From a bacterium (GTDB lineage Bacteria; Patescibacteriota; Minisyncoccia; Phycocordibacterales; UBA6899): DNA of 64,000 nt. The stretch covers positions 5,046 to 69,045 of the forward strand of contig JAJZQJ010000002.1 of assembly GCA_021851895.1 (NCBI GenBank). Direction: 5' to 3'. Shown here in pieces: positions 17,657-26,246 of this stretch; the first letter of the stretch is position 1, and each line of letters opens with the position of its first letter. The notes beneath the pieces are model-generated. The model was given only the letters and a program-made list of their open reading frames with translations, was not told the DNA's origin and searched no databases. Made by a program: the position numbers and the translations under genes.

Positions 17657-18118
17657 ATGTCATTTCCACTTCTCGACAGCATCGGTTTATTTCTCATGCT
17701 CTCAGGTTTCATCATCGGGCTCGGTGCAGTGACGGTCATCGACATCCATGGCTTTCTTGGTCGCACATCCTCATATTGGACTGAGGCGACCACGCGAACG
17801 CATAAAGTTACGAAGCCCATGATATGGGCCGGCATCTTTCTCTCTATCGTCGGTGGCGTCATATTCTATCGCAATCAGCCGTTCGCGGGGATTCCTGCGG
17901 CGCATGCGCTCATCGTCGTCGCGCTCCTCTTTAATGGATATTTCCTGTCCTGCAAAGTGAGTCCATTTCTCTTAGCTCGTGAGAGCGAAGGGAAGTCGGG
18001 GGAATTACTCCCGAGTGCATGGCAGCATAAGATCATGGTGAGCCTCATCGTGTCTGACATCGGCTGGTGGGGAGGACTCGTTCTCCTCGTTGTGTACCTC
18101 ACGAGTCGTTTATCATAA
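17657..18118 (+). CDS. hypothetical membrane protein (4 TM)
   Basis: 153 aa with four hydrophobic helices. No motif recognized. Confidence 0.4.
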   Translation: MSFPLLDSIGLFLMLSGFIIGLGAVTVIDIHGFLGRTSSYWTEATTRTHKVTKPMIWAGIFLSIVGGVIFYRNQPFAGIPAAHALIVVALLFNGYFLSCKVSPFLLARESEGKSGELLPSAWQHKIMVSLIVSDIGWWGGLVLLVVYLTSRLS

Positions 18119-18212
18119 ATGGGTGCCAGCGCGTAGGCACAAGTGCTTCGTGTATTGCGCTCCTCTTGTCCGTCGCTCTTTCTGTTCCGCTGCGGGAGTA
18201 TTTATGTGTAAT

Positions 18213-18242
18213 GAAAAACCGGGCGCAAATTGCGCGCCCGGA
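18213..18242 (-). terminator. intrinsic terminator for the GC-rich membrane-protein gene
   Basis: CCGGGCGC-AAATT-GCGCGCCCGG preceded by A5 (a T-run on the minus strand). Confidence 0.65.
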
Positions 18243-18257
18243 GTTTATTCTAATGTG

Positions 18258-20135
18258 CTATTTCTTCTGCTCACGGAGCAGCTGGAGCATCTTCTGCTTC
18301 TCGGCGTCCGTGAGGTTTTCCATCTGACTCGTCGCTTCACGAGCGTCCTTGATGACCGCGTCGGCCTCCGTGGAGACTTTGTGCTGGGCATCGAAGGACT
18401 CTTGGACCTTCGTCTTCGCGAGGGTGAGACCCTGGCACTTGATCGAGTTCAGTGCGATGACCGACTCGTCGTTCTCGAGGAACGATACGGTCACGATGTC
18501 GCCGACGTGGAGCACAGGCGCGACGCGCACGGCTTCATCGGTTCCGCGGGTGGCGAACAGGCGATCGTTCACGCCCTCAAGCGTGAAGTAGAAGGTCTTG
18601 TTCCCGCCGATGACGGTGTCGCCGGTGCGCGTGATGCGCACGGGACCGAGGGTCTTCTTCGCGAGCGCCTTGCCACTCGCCGCGACGGCGTTGCCGTCGC
18701 TCGCGAGCTTCTGGCGGTACGACTCGAGCGCGGTCGTGAGATCACTCTCGATGACGAGCGTATTCACGTTCTCCATAGAGACGAGCGCGACCTTCTGGAA
18801 GAAGGACTGCTCGTTGCTCACGATAGGGATGACCCAGGTGGCCTTGCCGAAGATGTTGTATGGCGTCGGGTGCGTGGGGTGCCAGGTCGTCGCATTCGCG
18901 CCGAGCTGACTGCTCACGGCCTTCATCGCACCGTCTTCGGTCGTGCCACGCATCGGATAGTACTCGGCGCCAGCGATACCCTTGCGGGAGTCGATCAGCA
19001 TGAGTCCGATGAGGGAATCATCCTTCGCATTACTGCTCGTGATGCCGACGCTCCAGTAGAGCTTGTCGCCGAGCTTCACGAGCCACAGGTCGCCCGCAGG
19101 CTTCACGCGGTCATGGTCGTCCCAATTGATGAAACCATGGACGAGGTTGCCCCAGTCGACGATCTGTTCCTTCGCTTGCGCCATGGGGCGGACGCGATCG
19201 ATCCACGAGGGAATCGTGCCGTCCTGCTTGTACTCGCAAGAACCGGTTTCGGGATCAGCGATGATGACGCCGACGGTCTGTTCGCCCCAGAAGCCGATGG
19301 TGGGAGTCATGACGCCGTACGTGTAGTACGGATGCCAGTTCTCGTCCACCTCGAAGGTGACGTCACTTCGGTTCGCCCAGGGAATGTCCTTGTAGACCTT
19401 GCGGTCCAGGTTGTCCCCGAAGACCGCGTTCGGTGTGTACCGAATGGCGAACTTCTTGCCGAGGGCATCCTCGGTGACGAGGGTCGCCTCACGGTTCGGG
19501 TCCTGCGCCGACACCCTGATGTAGCCGGGGATGATGTTGTCGTTGAGACTCGCGAAGTCCGTTGCGTAGTCGAGGGGGAAGATCCACCAGAGTTCGCCGC
19601 GGACCTCTTGGACGGCTCCGTGTTCGAAATCGACATCGAACAGCGACCCGAGGGATTTCCCGTCGGCATTCTGTCCGAGCGCTTTCTTCGCGATGGTGTG
19701 CGCCGTTGCCGCGGAGACCAAGCGGATGTGCTTGGTGTCGGCGAGGGGCACGTTTTCGTTGAAGCGCTGCTTCATCGAGACGTTCCCGATCACGTTGCGG
19801 TACGCTTCCGCATTGAACATCGGACTTGTGCCGATGGCCATGCCGAAGAGGCCGACGAGGATGAGGACGGGGACGGCAATCCCCGCGTGGGGATGGAAGT
19901 CGAAGTATTCGTCTTTTTCGAAGCTGAAGACGAGGCCGAGCACCGCGCCGGTGAGGACGAGGAGCCAGGACTCCGCGAAGCGGAACCCGACCGTGGGGAG
20001 GGCGAAGTACCCGCCGCAGAGGACGAGCAGGAAGGAGAGGCTGCCAGCGGTGATGTACCGCCACGGCGTCTTGATCTTCGCGAGGCCGATGGTGACGATC
20101 GCTGCGATCGCGGCCAGGATGGCGAGGGTGAGCAT
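18258..20135 (-). CDS. large membrane protein: N-terminal TM helices + about 520-aa extracytoplasmic domain (strongly GC-rich gene)
   Basis: 625 aa with hydrophobic N-terminal helices, then a soluble domain with balanced composition and a charged coiled-coil tail. The opposite-strand 695-aa ORF is R/D/G-rich, typical of an antisense artefact. Confidence 0.55.
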   Translation of the reverse strand: MLTLAILAAIAAIVTIGLAKIKTPWRYITAGSLSFLLVLCGGYFALPTVGFRFAESWLLVLTGAVLGLVFSFEKDEYFDFHPHAGIAVPVLILVGLFGMAIGTSPMFNAEAYRNVIGNVSMKQRFNENVPLADTKHIRLVSAATAHTIAKKALGQNADGKSLGSLFDVDFEHGAVQEVRGELWWIFPLDYATDFASLNDNIIPGYIRVSAQDPNREATLVTEDALGKKFAIRYTPNAVFGDNLDRKVYKDIPWANRSDVTFEVDENWHPYYTYGVMTPTIGFWGEQTVGVIIADPETGSCEYKQDGTIPSWIDRVRPMAQAKEQIVDWGNLVHGFINWDDHDRVKPAGDLWLVKLGDKLYWSVGITSSNAKDDSLIGLMLIDSRKGIAGAEYYPMRGTTEDGAMKAVSSQLGANATTWHPTHPTPYNIFGKATWVIPIVSNEQSFFQKVALVSMENVNTLVIESDLTTALESYRQKLASDGNAVAASGKALAKKTLGPVRITRTGDTVIGGNKTFYFTLEGVNDRLFATRGTDEAVRVAPVLHVGDIVTVSFLENDESVIALNSIKCQGLTLAKTKVQESFDAQHKVSTEADAVIKDAREATSQMENLTDAEKQKMLQLLREQKK

Positions 20136-20380
20136 GTATGCTCCTGTGTTGTGCCGGATATCGATCCGGTGTGTTGAAGGGAAAGAGCTTCGGCTGTCCG
20201 AAACTGGGAGATATTATACAATATTTTTATAGATTTGTAAATAGTATCGATGTGAGGGTTTTTCTCGCTTAAAATATTCCCCGGAACTTGCGAAAAGACA
20301 TCCTGATCTGACACGGAAGGGTCCTATCGGAGTTTTCGCATGTCCTGTGCGGAAAACTGAGAAATTTAGAGCTGAATTTA

Positions 20381-20413
20381 TTCACAATACTATATAAAAT
20401 GATATTATTGTGA
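20381..20413 (+). promoter_or_regulatory. inverted repeat TTCACAATA-N15-TATTGTGAA overlapping the radC promoter/start
   Basis: 9-bp perfect arms at 20381-20389 and 20405-20413. The right arm ends 2 nt before ATG 20416, and the AT-rich spacer is -10-like. Confidence 0.5.
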
Positions 20414-20415
20414 AC

Positions 20416-21093
20416 ATGAAACTAAAGGAATTGCATCGTGTCGAGCTTCCACGAGAGAAGTTGGTGAAATATGGCCCCAAGCGTCTCCAATCTGAGGAGT
20501 TGTTTGCAATAATTCTTGGCTCTGGTATTAAAGGGGTCAATGTTCTTACGCTTGCACGTACTGTACTCAAGCACATAGAGAAGAACAAAAATGAGACGAG
20601 CTTAGAAAGTCTCCTGAAGATTAAAGGGTTAGGGACGACTAAGGCGTTGCAGATTATTTCAATATTAGAAATATCTCGTAGGCTACAAGAAAAAGAGAAA
20701 GTAGAAATACTTTCCGCAAAAGATGTTTGGCAGCAGTGCGCAGATTTCCGTGGATCCAAGAAAGAGCACTTCGCCGCCTTCTATCTCGATACACAAAACC
20801 GCCTCATTGAAAGGCAGATCATTTCCGTTGGTACGCTCGATTCTTCTCTCGTCCATCCCCGTGAAGTCTTCGAGCCAGCACTCCGACTTTCTGCTGCATC
20901 GGTCATCGTCGCACATAATCATCCATCTGGTGATCTTGTGCCTTCGGGCGAAGACTTAAGGTTAACGAAACGCCTTAAAGGGGCGGGGGAGTTAATAGGC
21001 ATTAACGTCCTGGATCACATTATCTTGTCTGGCTCAGAACACGGAAGCATAGCTGAGTCAATTGACGATGTACTTAGTGAGAGTATGCTGTAG
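20416..21093 (+). CDS. radC: RadC-like JAB/MPN domain protein (UPF0758)
   Basis: N-terminal HhH-like region plus a JAMM motif (SVIVAHNHPSGDLVPSGED). Confidence 0.8.
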   Translation: MKLKELHRVELPREKLVKYGPKRLQSEELFAIILGSGIKGVNVLTLARTVLKHIEKNKNETSLESLLKIKGLGTTKALQIISILEISRRLQEKEKVEILSAKDVWQQCADFRGSKKEHFAAFYLDTQNRLIERQIISVGTLDSSLVHPREVFEPALRLSAASVIVAHNHPSGDLVPSGEDLRLTKRLKGAGELIGINVLDHIILSGSEHGSIAESIDDVLSESML

Positions 21094-21095
21094 TA

Positions 21096-21686
21096 ATGAA
21101 GCATGGCTGCGCTAAATTAGAGGAAGTCGCGGAAATCATTACAGGTTACTCCTTCCGAAAGAGCATAGAGCCTGATCCCAATGGTCAGATTTTTGTGGTG
21201 CAGGCAAAAGATATCGTAAATGGTGAAATAATTCAGTCTACCGAAAAGCTCACACGCATTCTTGAGGAGCCAAACCATCCAGCATATCTTCAGCGTGATG
21301 ATCTCTTATTGCTATCAAAAGTCTACCCTGGAGCGCAGTTTCGTACGACAATATATCAAGGTTTATCAGGGAAGGTTTTAGCAAGTTCTTCGATTCATGT
21401 GATCCGACTCAAGAATGATTCGGTGCTCCCAGAATACTTATTCATGCTCTTTTCTTCTGGTTTTACGCAGAAGTGGTTGCAAGAAAATTCAAGCGGTGTG
21501 AATACTCCGACGATGCCGCGCGCCACTCTTGGCACACTCACTATCCCAATCATTAGCATTGAGCAACAAAAAGCATATATTTCGCTGTCAAAAGAAATGA
21601 AAAACATGCAGCGTTTGCTCCAAGAGAAAGCTGACCTTATTGCTATCGTACAAGAACAGACACTTGTAAGCTTGATCACCTCGTAA
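21096..21686 (+). CDS. hsdS: type I R-M specificity subunit, half-size (single target-recognition domain)
   Basis: 196 aa. N-terminal KLEEVAEIITG, a TRD, then a conserved coiled-coil region (IPIISIEQQKAYISL...). The start overlaps the radC stop (TAATG). Confidence 0.7.
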   Translation: MKHGCAKLEEVAEIITGYSFRKSIEPDPNGQIFVVQAKDIVNGEIIQSTEKLTRILEEPNHPAYLQRDDLLLLSKVYPGAQFRTTIYQGLSGKVLASSSIHVIRLKNDSVLPEYLFMLFSSGFTQKWLQENSSGVNTPTMPRATLGTLTIPIISIEQQKAYISLSKEMKNMQRLLQEKADLIAIVQEQTLVSLITS

Positions 21687-21706
21687 AGATATAAAACAAA
21701 TTACGT

Positions 21707-22546
21707 ATGGCACAAACAATTTTTGAACAAATCAAGAAGGTAAATGAGTTCGGCGGAGAATATTGGCAGGCGCGTGAGCTCGCAAAGGTTCTTGAATATG
21801 CTGACTTTGGGAATTTTGAAAATGTCATTAAAAAGGCAATGGACGCCTGTGAGGCAAGTGGGCAGGAGGTTGCGGACCATTTCGGTGCTCTCACCGAGAT
21901 GGTCGAAATTGGGTCAGGAGCAAAGCGAGAAATGTCAAGTTATGCACTTTCACGCTATGCCTGTTATCTCATAATCCAGGGCGCAGATACGACGAAGATT
22001 ATTATCGCGAAAGCGCATACATATTTTGCCATACAGACAAGAAGGCAAGAAGTAGCCGACCTCCTTGTCGAAGACAATAAGCGTGTCTTCCTGCGTGAGG
22101 AGATGAAAAAGCATAATAAGAATCTGGTCAGTGCGGCAAAGGACGCAGGTGTGACCAATTATGCGAATTTCCAGGATGCAGGATATATGGGACTTTACGG
22201 TGGTATGCGCCAAAAAGACATTCTCGCGCGCAAGCGTCTCTCCGTGAAAGAGGGCATCCTCGATCACATGGGAAGCGAGGAGCTCGCTGCGAATCTTTTC
22301 CGCGCCACACAAACAGAGGCGAAATTACGACGAGACAACATTAGGGGCCAAATTAAGGCAAATCAAACGCACTATGATGTTGGAGGTAGAGTGCGTGCAA
22401 CCATTAAAGAATTAGGAGGAACGATGCCAGAGAAGTTGCCAAATCCAGGTCCGATAAAGGATTCCGTTAAGCGCATTAAGAGCTCAGCGAAGGCCAAGAG
22501 CATTGTTGAGGGGAAAGTAGTTGCGAGGAAAAAGAAAAAAGCGTAA
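21707..22546 (+). CDS. dinD: DNA-damage-inducible protein D (DinD)-like
   Basis: 279 aa. The segments YWQARELAKVLEY.DF.NF..V...A..ACEASGQ...DHF and SRYACYLIIQ..D..K...A..YFAIQTRRQE match the DinD family as recalled from memory. Confidence 0.55.
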   Translation: MAQTIFEQIKKVNEFGGEYWQARELAKVLEYADFGNFENVIKKAMDACEASGQEVADHFGALTEMVEIGSGAKREMSSYALSRYACYLIIQGADTTKIIIAKAHTYFAIQTRRQEVADLLVEDNKRVFLREEMKKHNKNLVSAAKDAGVTNYANFQDAGYMGLYGGMRQKDILARKRLSVKEGILDHMGSEELAANLFRATQTEAKLRRDNIRGQIKANQTHYDVGGRVRATIKELGGTMPEKLPNPGPIKDSVKRIKSSAKAKSIVEGKVVARKKKKA

Positions 22547-22568
22547 TGCTTAAGAAAAAATAAACATC

Positions 22569-24083
22569 ATGTCTACAAAAACATTCAATCAAGAGGAGCT
22601 CAATAAAGTACTTTGGGCAGCGGCTGATTCCTCTCGAGGTAAGGTTGACGCAAGTATCTATAAGGATTATGTGCTCACGATGCTCTTCTTCAAGTACATG
22701 AGTGATCTGCATAAGAAGACTTATGCAGAGTACCTTAAGCGTTTCGACGGAGATATTGATCGCGTTGAGGAGAAAATGCGTCTCGACCGCTTTGTGCTCC
22801 CCGAGACAGCAACTTTTGAAGCAGTATATGCACAGATAGAGAAGGACAACATCGGCGAAATCATCAATATCGCGCTTAAAGAGGTGGAGGCTGAGAACAG
22901 GGGGAAGCTTGATAAGGTCTTTGCCGTAGACTTCAATTCCGAAAACACCCTCGGTAAGCTCGATGAGCGTAATCGTATGCTGCGTAATTTGCTCAAAGAT
23001 TTCGCAAAGGTGGACTTCAGTGAGGCTGATGAAGACATTGTGGGAAATGCATACATGTATATGATTGAGCGCTTTGGCTCAGCGGCAGGGAAGAAAGCAG
23101 GAGAGTTCTTTACCCCCCGCTCTATCGCTTCGCTCGTCGCACGTCTTGCTGCACCAAAAGCAGGAGATCGTATCGCCGATATGGCCTGTGGGTCAGGCGG
23201 CCTCCTTTTGCTCGCAGGTGAGGAAGTCGAGAAGACTGGCTCAAAGAATTATGCTCTCTATGGTCAAGAGCTTACTGGTACTACCTACCAGCTCGCGCGT
23301 ATGAACATGTTCCTACATCAGAAGGATTCGGCACGCATTGAATGGGGCGATACGCTCAATAGTCCGCTCCTTGTGGAGAACGATCAGCTCATGCGCTTTG
23401 ACGTCTCTGTTGCAAATCCTCCCTTCTCGCTCAAGAAGTGGGGTGCAGAGAATGCAGAGAATGATAAGTACAATCGTTTCTGGCGCGGAATACCACCGAA
23501 GGACAAAGGAGACTATGCCTTCGTAACCCATATGGTTGAAACCACGAAGCCAAAGTCGGGTCGTGGTGTTATCGTCGTGCCCCATGGAGTGCTCTTCCGT
23601 GGTGGAGCGGAAGGGAGAATTCGTGAAGCATTGCTCAAGGAAAATATCATCGATGCAGTCATTGGGCTTCCTGCTGGGCTTTTCCAAACGACAGGTATCC
23701 CCGTCGCAATCCTTATATTCGATCGCTCTCGAGAAGTGGGGGGTGCGAACGAATCTCGCAAAGATGTGCTCTTCATTGAAGCCTCGAAAGAATTCAAGGC
23801 AGGCAAAGCGCAAAGTACCCTCACTGATGAGAATGCGGCAAAGATTATTGATACGTACAAGGGGAGAAAAGAAATCGAAAAGTTCTCTCGTAAAGTCTCG
23901 CTTAAAGAGATCGAGGAGGAAAATGACTTTAATCTAAATATCACTCGATATGTCGATACCTTTGAAGAGGAGGATGAAATTGATATTTCTGCAAATCTCA
24001 AAGAGTTATCTAAGGTAAACGCTGAATTGAAGGAGGTCGAGAAGAAGATGGAGGAGTATTTAAAGATGCTTAATATCGCATAA
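22569..24083 (+). CDS. hsdM: type I R-M N6-adenine DNA methyltransferase subunit
   Basis: 504 aa. N-terminal HsdM helical domain, AdoMet motif I (DMACGSGGLLL) and motif IV NPPF (VANPPFS). Confidence 0.9.
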   Translation: MSTKTFNQEELNKVLWAAADSSRGKVDASIYKDYVLTMLFFKYMSDLHKKTYAEYLKRFDGDIDRVEEKMRLDRFVLPETATFEAVYAQIEKDNIGEIINIALKEVEAENRGKLDKVFAVDFNSENTLGKLDERNRMLRNLLKDFAKVDFSEADEDIVGNAYMYMIERFGSAAGKKAGEFFTPRSIASLVARLAAPKAGDRIADMACGSGGLLLLAGEEVEKTGSKNYALYGQELTGTTYQLARMNMFLHQKDSARIEWGDTLNSPLLVENDQLMRFDVSVANPPFSLKKWGAENAENDKYNRFWRGIPPKDKGDYAFVTHMVETTKPKSGRGVIVVPHGVLFRGGAEGRIREALLKENIIDAVIGLPAGLFQTTGIPVAILIFDRSREVGGANESRKDVLFIEASKEFKAGKAQSTLTDENAAKIIDTYKGRKEIEKFSRKVSLKEIEEENDFNLNITRYVDTFEEEDEIDISANLKELSKVNAELKEVEKKMEEYLKMLNIA

Positions 24084-24086
24084 AAC

Positions 24087-25100
24087 ATGGCAAAGGTAAA
24101 ACAGGCAACAAAAACTTGGGAAGAGCTCGAGAAATTAAGACTCGAATTCGAACAGAGGCTCTTTCCGCAGGTTAAAGCAAAAATTGATGAAATAGAAGCC
24201 TATAGAGATACTCTTCTCGATGACAATGAAAAGAAGTCATTAAGCACGACTATTTCTGAGTTGTCGGATAAAATCACCGAACTAGAGGAGTCCTTCAAAG
24301 AAAAATTCAGTGACATAGAAACTTTGCATGAGAGGATTTTTCACGGGGATGAGGAGAATGATGCGTTGTCTGATCAGGTTGATGAGTTTGTAAATAAAGC
24401 AAAAGGAGAGCTTGCTGGCTTGAATACAAAACACGCTGATATTAATAGGTATCATGAAAAGGTATTTGGTGAGAAGGATGCTTCTGGAAAGTATTCAGGT
24501 GGGCTCGCGTCAGAGCTAGAAAAGTATGGAAAGAAGTATGAAGCCCTATTTGGCCAAATAGAAGGCTTATTGCCAGGTGCTACAAGTGCTGGTCTTGCTC
24601 AGGCATTTAGCGATAAGGTTGATGAATACAAGAAAGAGGCTTCAAAGTGGAAGTGGATTACTTTTGGCTCCTTGTGTATCGCAGTCGTTCTTAGTATCGT
24701 CTCATACTGGCTTGATCGTGGTCAGGTGCTCTCGTTTTCATTTGTCATGATCCGGCTTGCACAGAAATTGCCTTTTGTTTTGTTTGCAGTTTGGCTGGTT
24801 GTATATGCAAATAATCGACGTGCAGAAAATAAAAAACTCGAAGAGTCATATAAGCATAAAGAGGTAATCGCGAGATCTTTTGTGGGCTATAGGAAGCAAA
24901 TTGAGGATCTCGATCTCGACACTGAAGATAATAATTTACTTATTTCGCTCACGACAGGATTACTTGATGCCATCATGATCAATTCATCAGATTTCTTAAC
25001 AGCGACTGGCGAGAAGAGTCCGATTCATGAAATGCTTGATAAAGCTGCAGATACTGCGAGTGCCGCAGTATCTAGCCCTGTAATTTCTATAAAGAAATAA
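24087..25100 (+). CDS. coiled-coil / 2-TM protein of unknown function embedded between hsdM and hsdS (candidate membrane effector)
   Basis: 337 aa. About 190 aa of heptad-rich helical N-terminus, then two adjacent TM helices (WKWITFGSLCIAVVLSIVSYWL; LPFVLFAVWLVVYANN) and about 100 aa of C-terminus. ATG 3 nt after the hsdM stop and 3 nt before the hsdS start. Confidence 0.6.
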   Translation: MAKVKQATKTWEELEKLRLEFEQRLFPQVKAKIDEIEAYRDTLLDDNEKKSLSTTISELSDKITELEESFKEKFSDIETLHERIFHGDEENDALSDQVDEFVNKAKGELAGLNTKHADINRYHEKVFGEKDASGKYSGGLASELEKYGKKYEALFGQIEGLLPGATSAGLAQAFSDKVDEYKKEASKWKWITFGSLCIAVVLSIVSYWLDRGQVLSFSFVMIRLAQKLPFVLFAVWLVVYANNRRAENKKLEESYKHKEVIARSFVGYRKQIEDLDLDTEDNNLLISLTTGLLDAIMINSSDFLTATGEKSPIHEMLDKAADTASAAVSSPVISIKK

Positions 25101-25103
25101 TTC

Positions 25104-26246
25104 ATGGAACTAGCGAAACAAAAAATTCCGTCCACTTGGCAAAAACTTCGCCTCGGTGATTGTCTGACAATAAAGCATGGTAAATCACAAAAAGAAATTG
25201 AAGTAGTCGATGGTAAATATCCCATCCTTGCTTCAGGTGGAGTTATAGGGAGAACTAATACTCCACTATATAGTAAGCCATCAGTATTAATCGGTAGAAA
25301 AGGGACGATTGATAAGCCTAGATACATGGATACTCCTTTTTGGACGGTAGATACGCTATTTTACAGTCAGGTAAAGGACAACTCTGTACCCAAGTATTTG
25401 TTTTATGTATTCAATTTCATTGACTGGTATGAATACAATGAGGCTTCGGGAGTCCCAAGTCTTTCGTCGAGCACTATTTCCTCAATAGAAGTTCTACTTC
25501 CTCCTCTCCCTGAACAAAACCGCATCGTTTCGGTTCTTGAAACCTGGGATAAGGCAATTGAAAAACTTTCTCGAAAGATTGAAATTAAGAAGGAAATCAA
25601 GAGGGGATTGATGCGGGGCTTACTGACTGGCAAGCTCAGGGTAACAGGTCGCGGTGGGAGTTGGGATGTCTATAAAATCGGTGACATAATTGTTGAAAGT
25701 CGAATTCCTTCCAAGAGTTTTGATGTTACTAAAAGGATTAGTGTGCGACTAAATATGAATGGCGTAGAGAGTAGGGAAGTGCGAGGTACTGAGGCTGAGG
25801 GCTCGACCATGTTTTTCGTTAGGAGCGCTGGTCAGTTTGTTTATGGAAAGCAAAATTTATATAAGGGAGCGATGGGGATTATTCCAGAACAGCTTAATGG
25901 TTATGAGAGCACTCAAGATATCCCCTCTTTTGATTTCAGGGAAGGATTTGATTCTAAGTGGTTCTTGTATTTCATGGGCAGAGAAAGTTTTTATTCGCAA
26001 CTTGAAGATATTGCAACTGGTTCAGGGTCCAAGCGAATTCATCCACGAGATTTATTTAAAATTAAGATTCGGGTACCTAAATATGACGAACAGTTAGCAA
26101 TTGCATCTGTGCTATCGGTTGCCGATTCGGAAATCCGCATACTTACCCAAAAACAGCAGTGTCTAGAGAGGCAGAAAAAGTTTCTCCTTAATAATCTTGT
26201 CACTGGAAAAATTCGTACTCCAGAAAACCTACAATATGCTAAATAA
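25104..26246 (+). CDS. hsdS: type I R-M specificity subunit (two TRDs)
   Basis: 380 aa. Two TRDs separated and followed by conserved regions (LLPPLPEQNRIVSVLE...; VPKYDEQLAIASVL...). Confidence 0.85.
   Translation: MELAKQKIPSTWQKLRLGDCLTIKHGKSQKEIEVVDGKYPILASGGVIGRTNTPLYSKPSVLIGRKGTIDKPRYMDTPFWTVDTLFYSQVKDNSVPKYLFYVFNFIDWYEYNEASGVPSLSSSTISSIEVLLPPLPEQNRIVSVLETWDKAIEKLSRKIEIKKEIKRGLMRGLLTGKLRVTGRGGSWDVYKIGDIIVESRIPSKSFDVTKRISVRLNMNGVESREVRGTEAEGSTMFFVRSAGQFVYGKQNLYKGAMGIIPEQLNGYESTQDIPSFDFREGFDSKWFLYFMGRESFYSQLEDIATGSGSKRIHPRDLFKIKIRVPKYDEQLAIASVLSVADSEIRILTQKQQCLERQKKFLLNNLVTGKIRTPENLQYAK

Noticed and set aside
18090-20177. 695-aa ORF on the plus strand
   Set aside because: It is antisense to the GC-rich 625-aa membrane-protein gene. 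Its R/D/G/V-rich low-complexity translation is typical of a high-GC antisense artefact. The minus-strand product has TM helices and balanced composition.
19307-20314. multiple S/R/T/P-rich ORFs (19307-19669, 19489-20064, 19790-20314, minus strand, other frames)
   Set aside because: Low-complexity alternate frames of the GC-rich membrane-protein gene.
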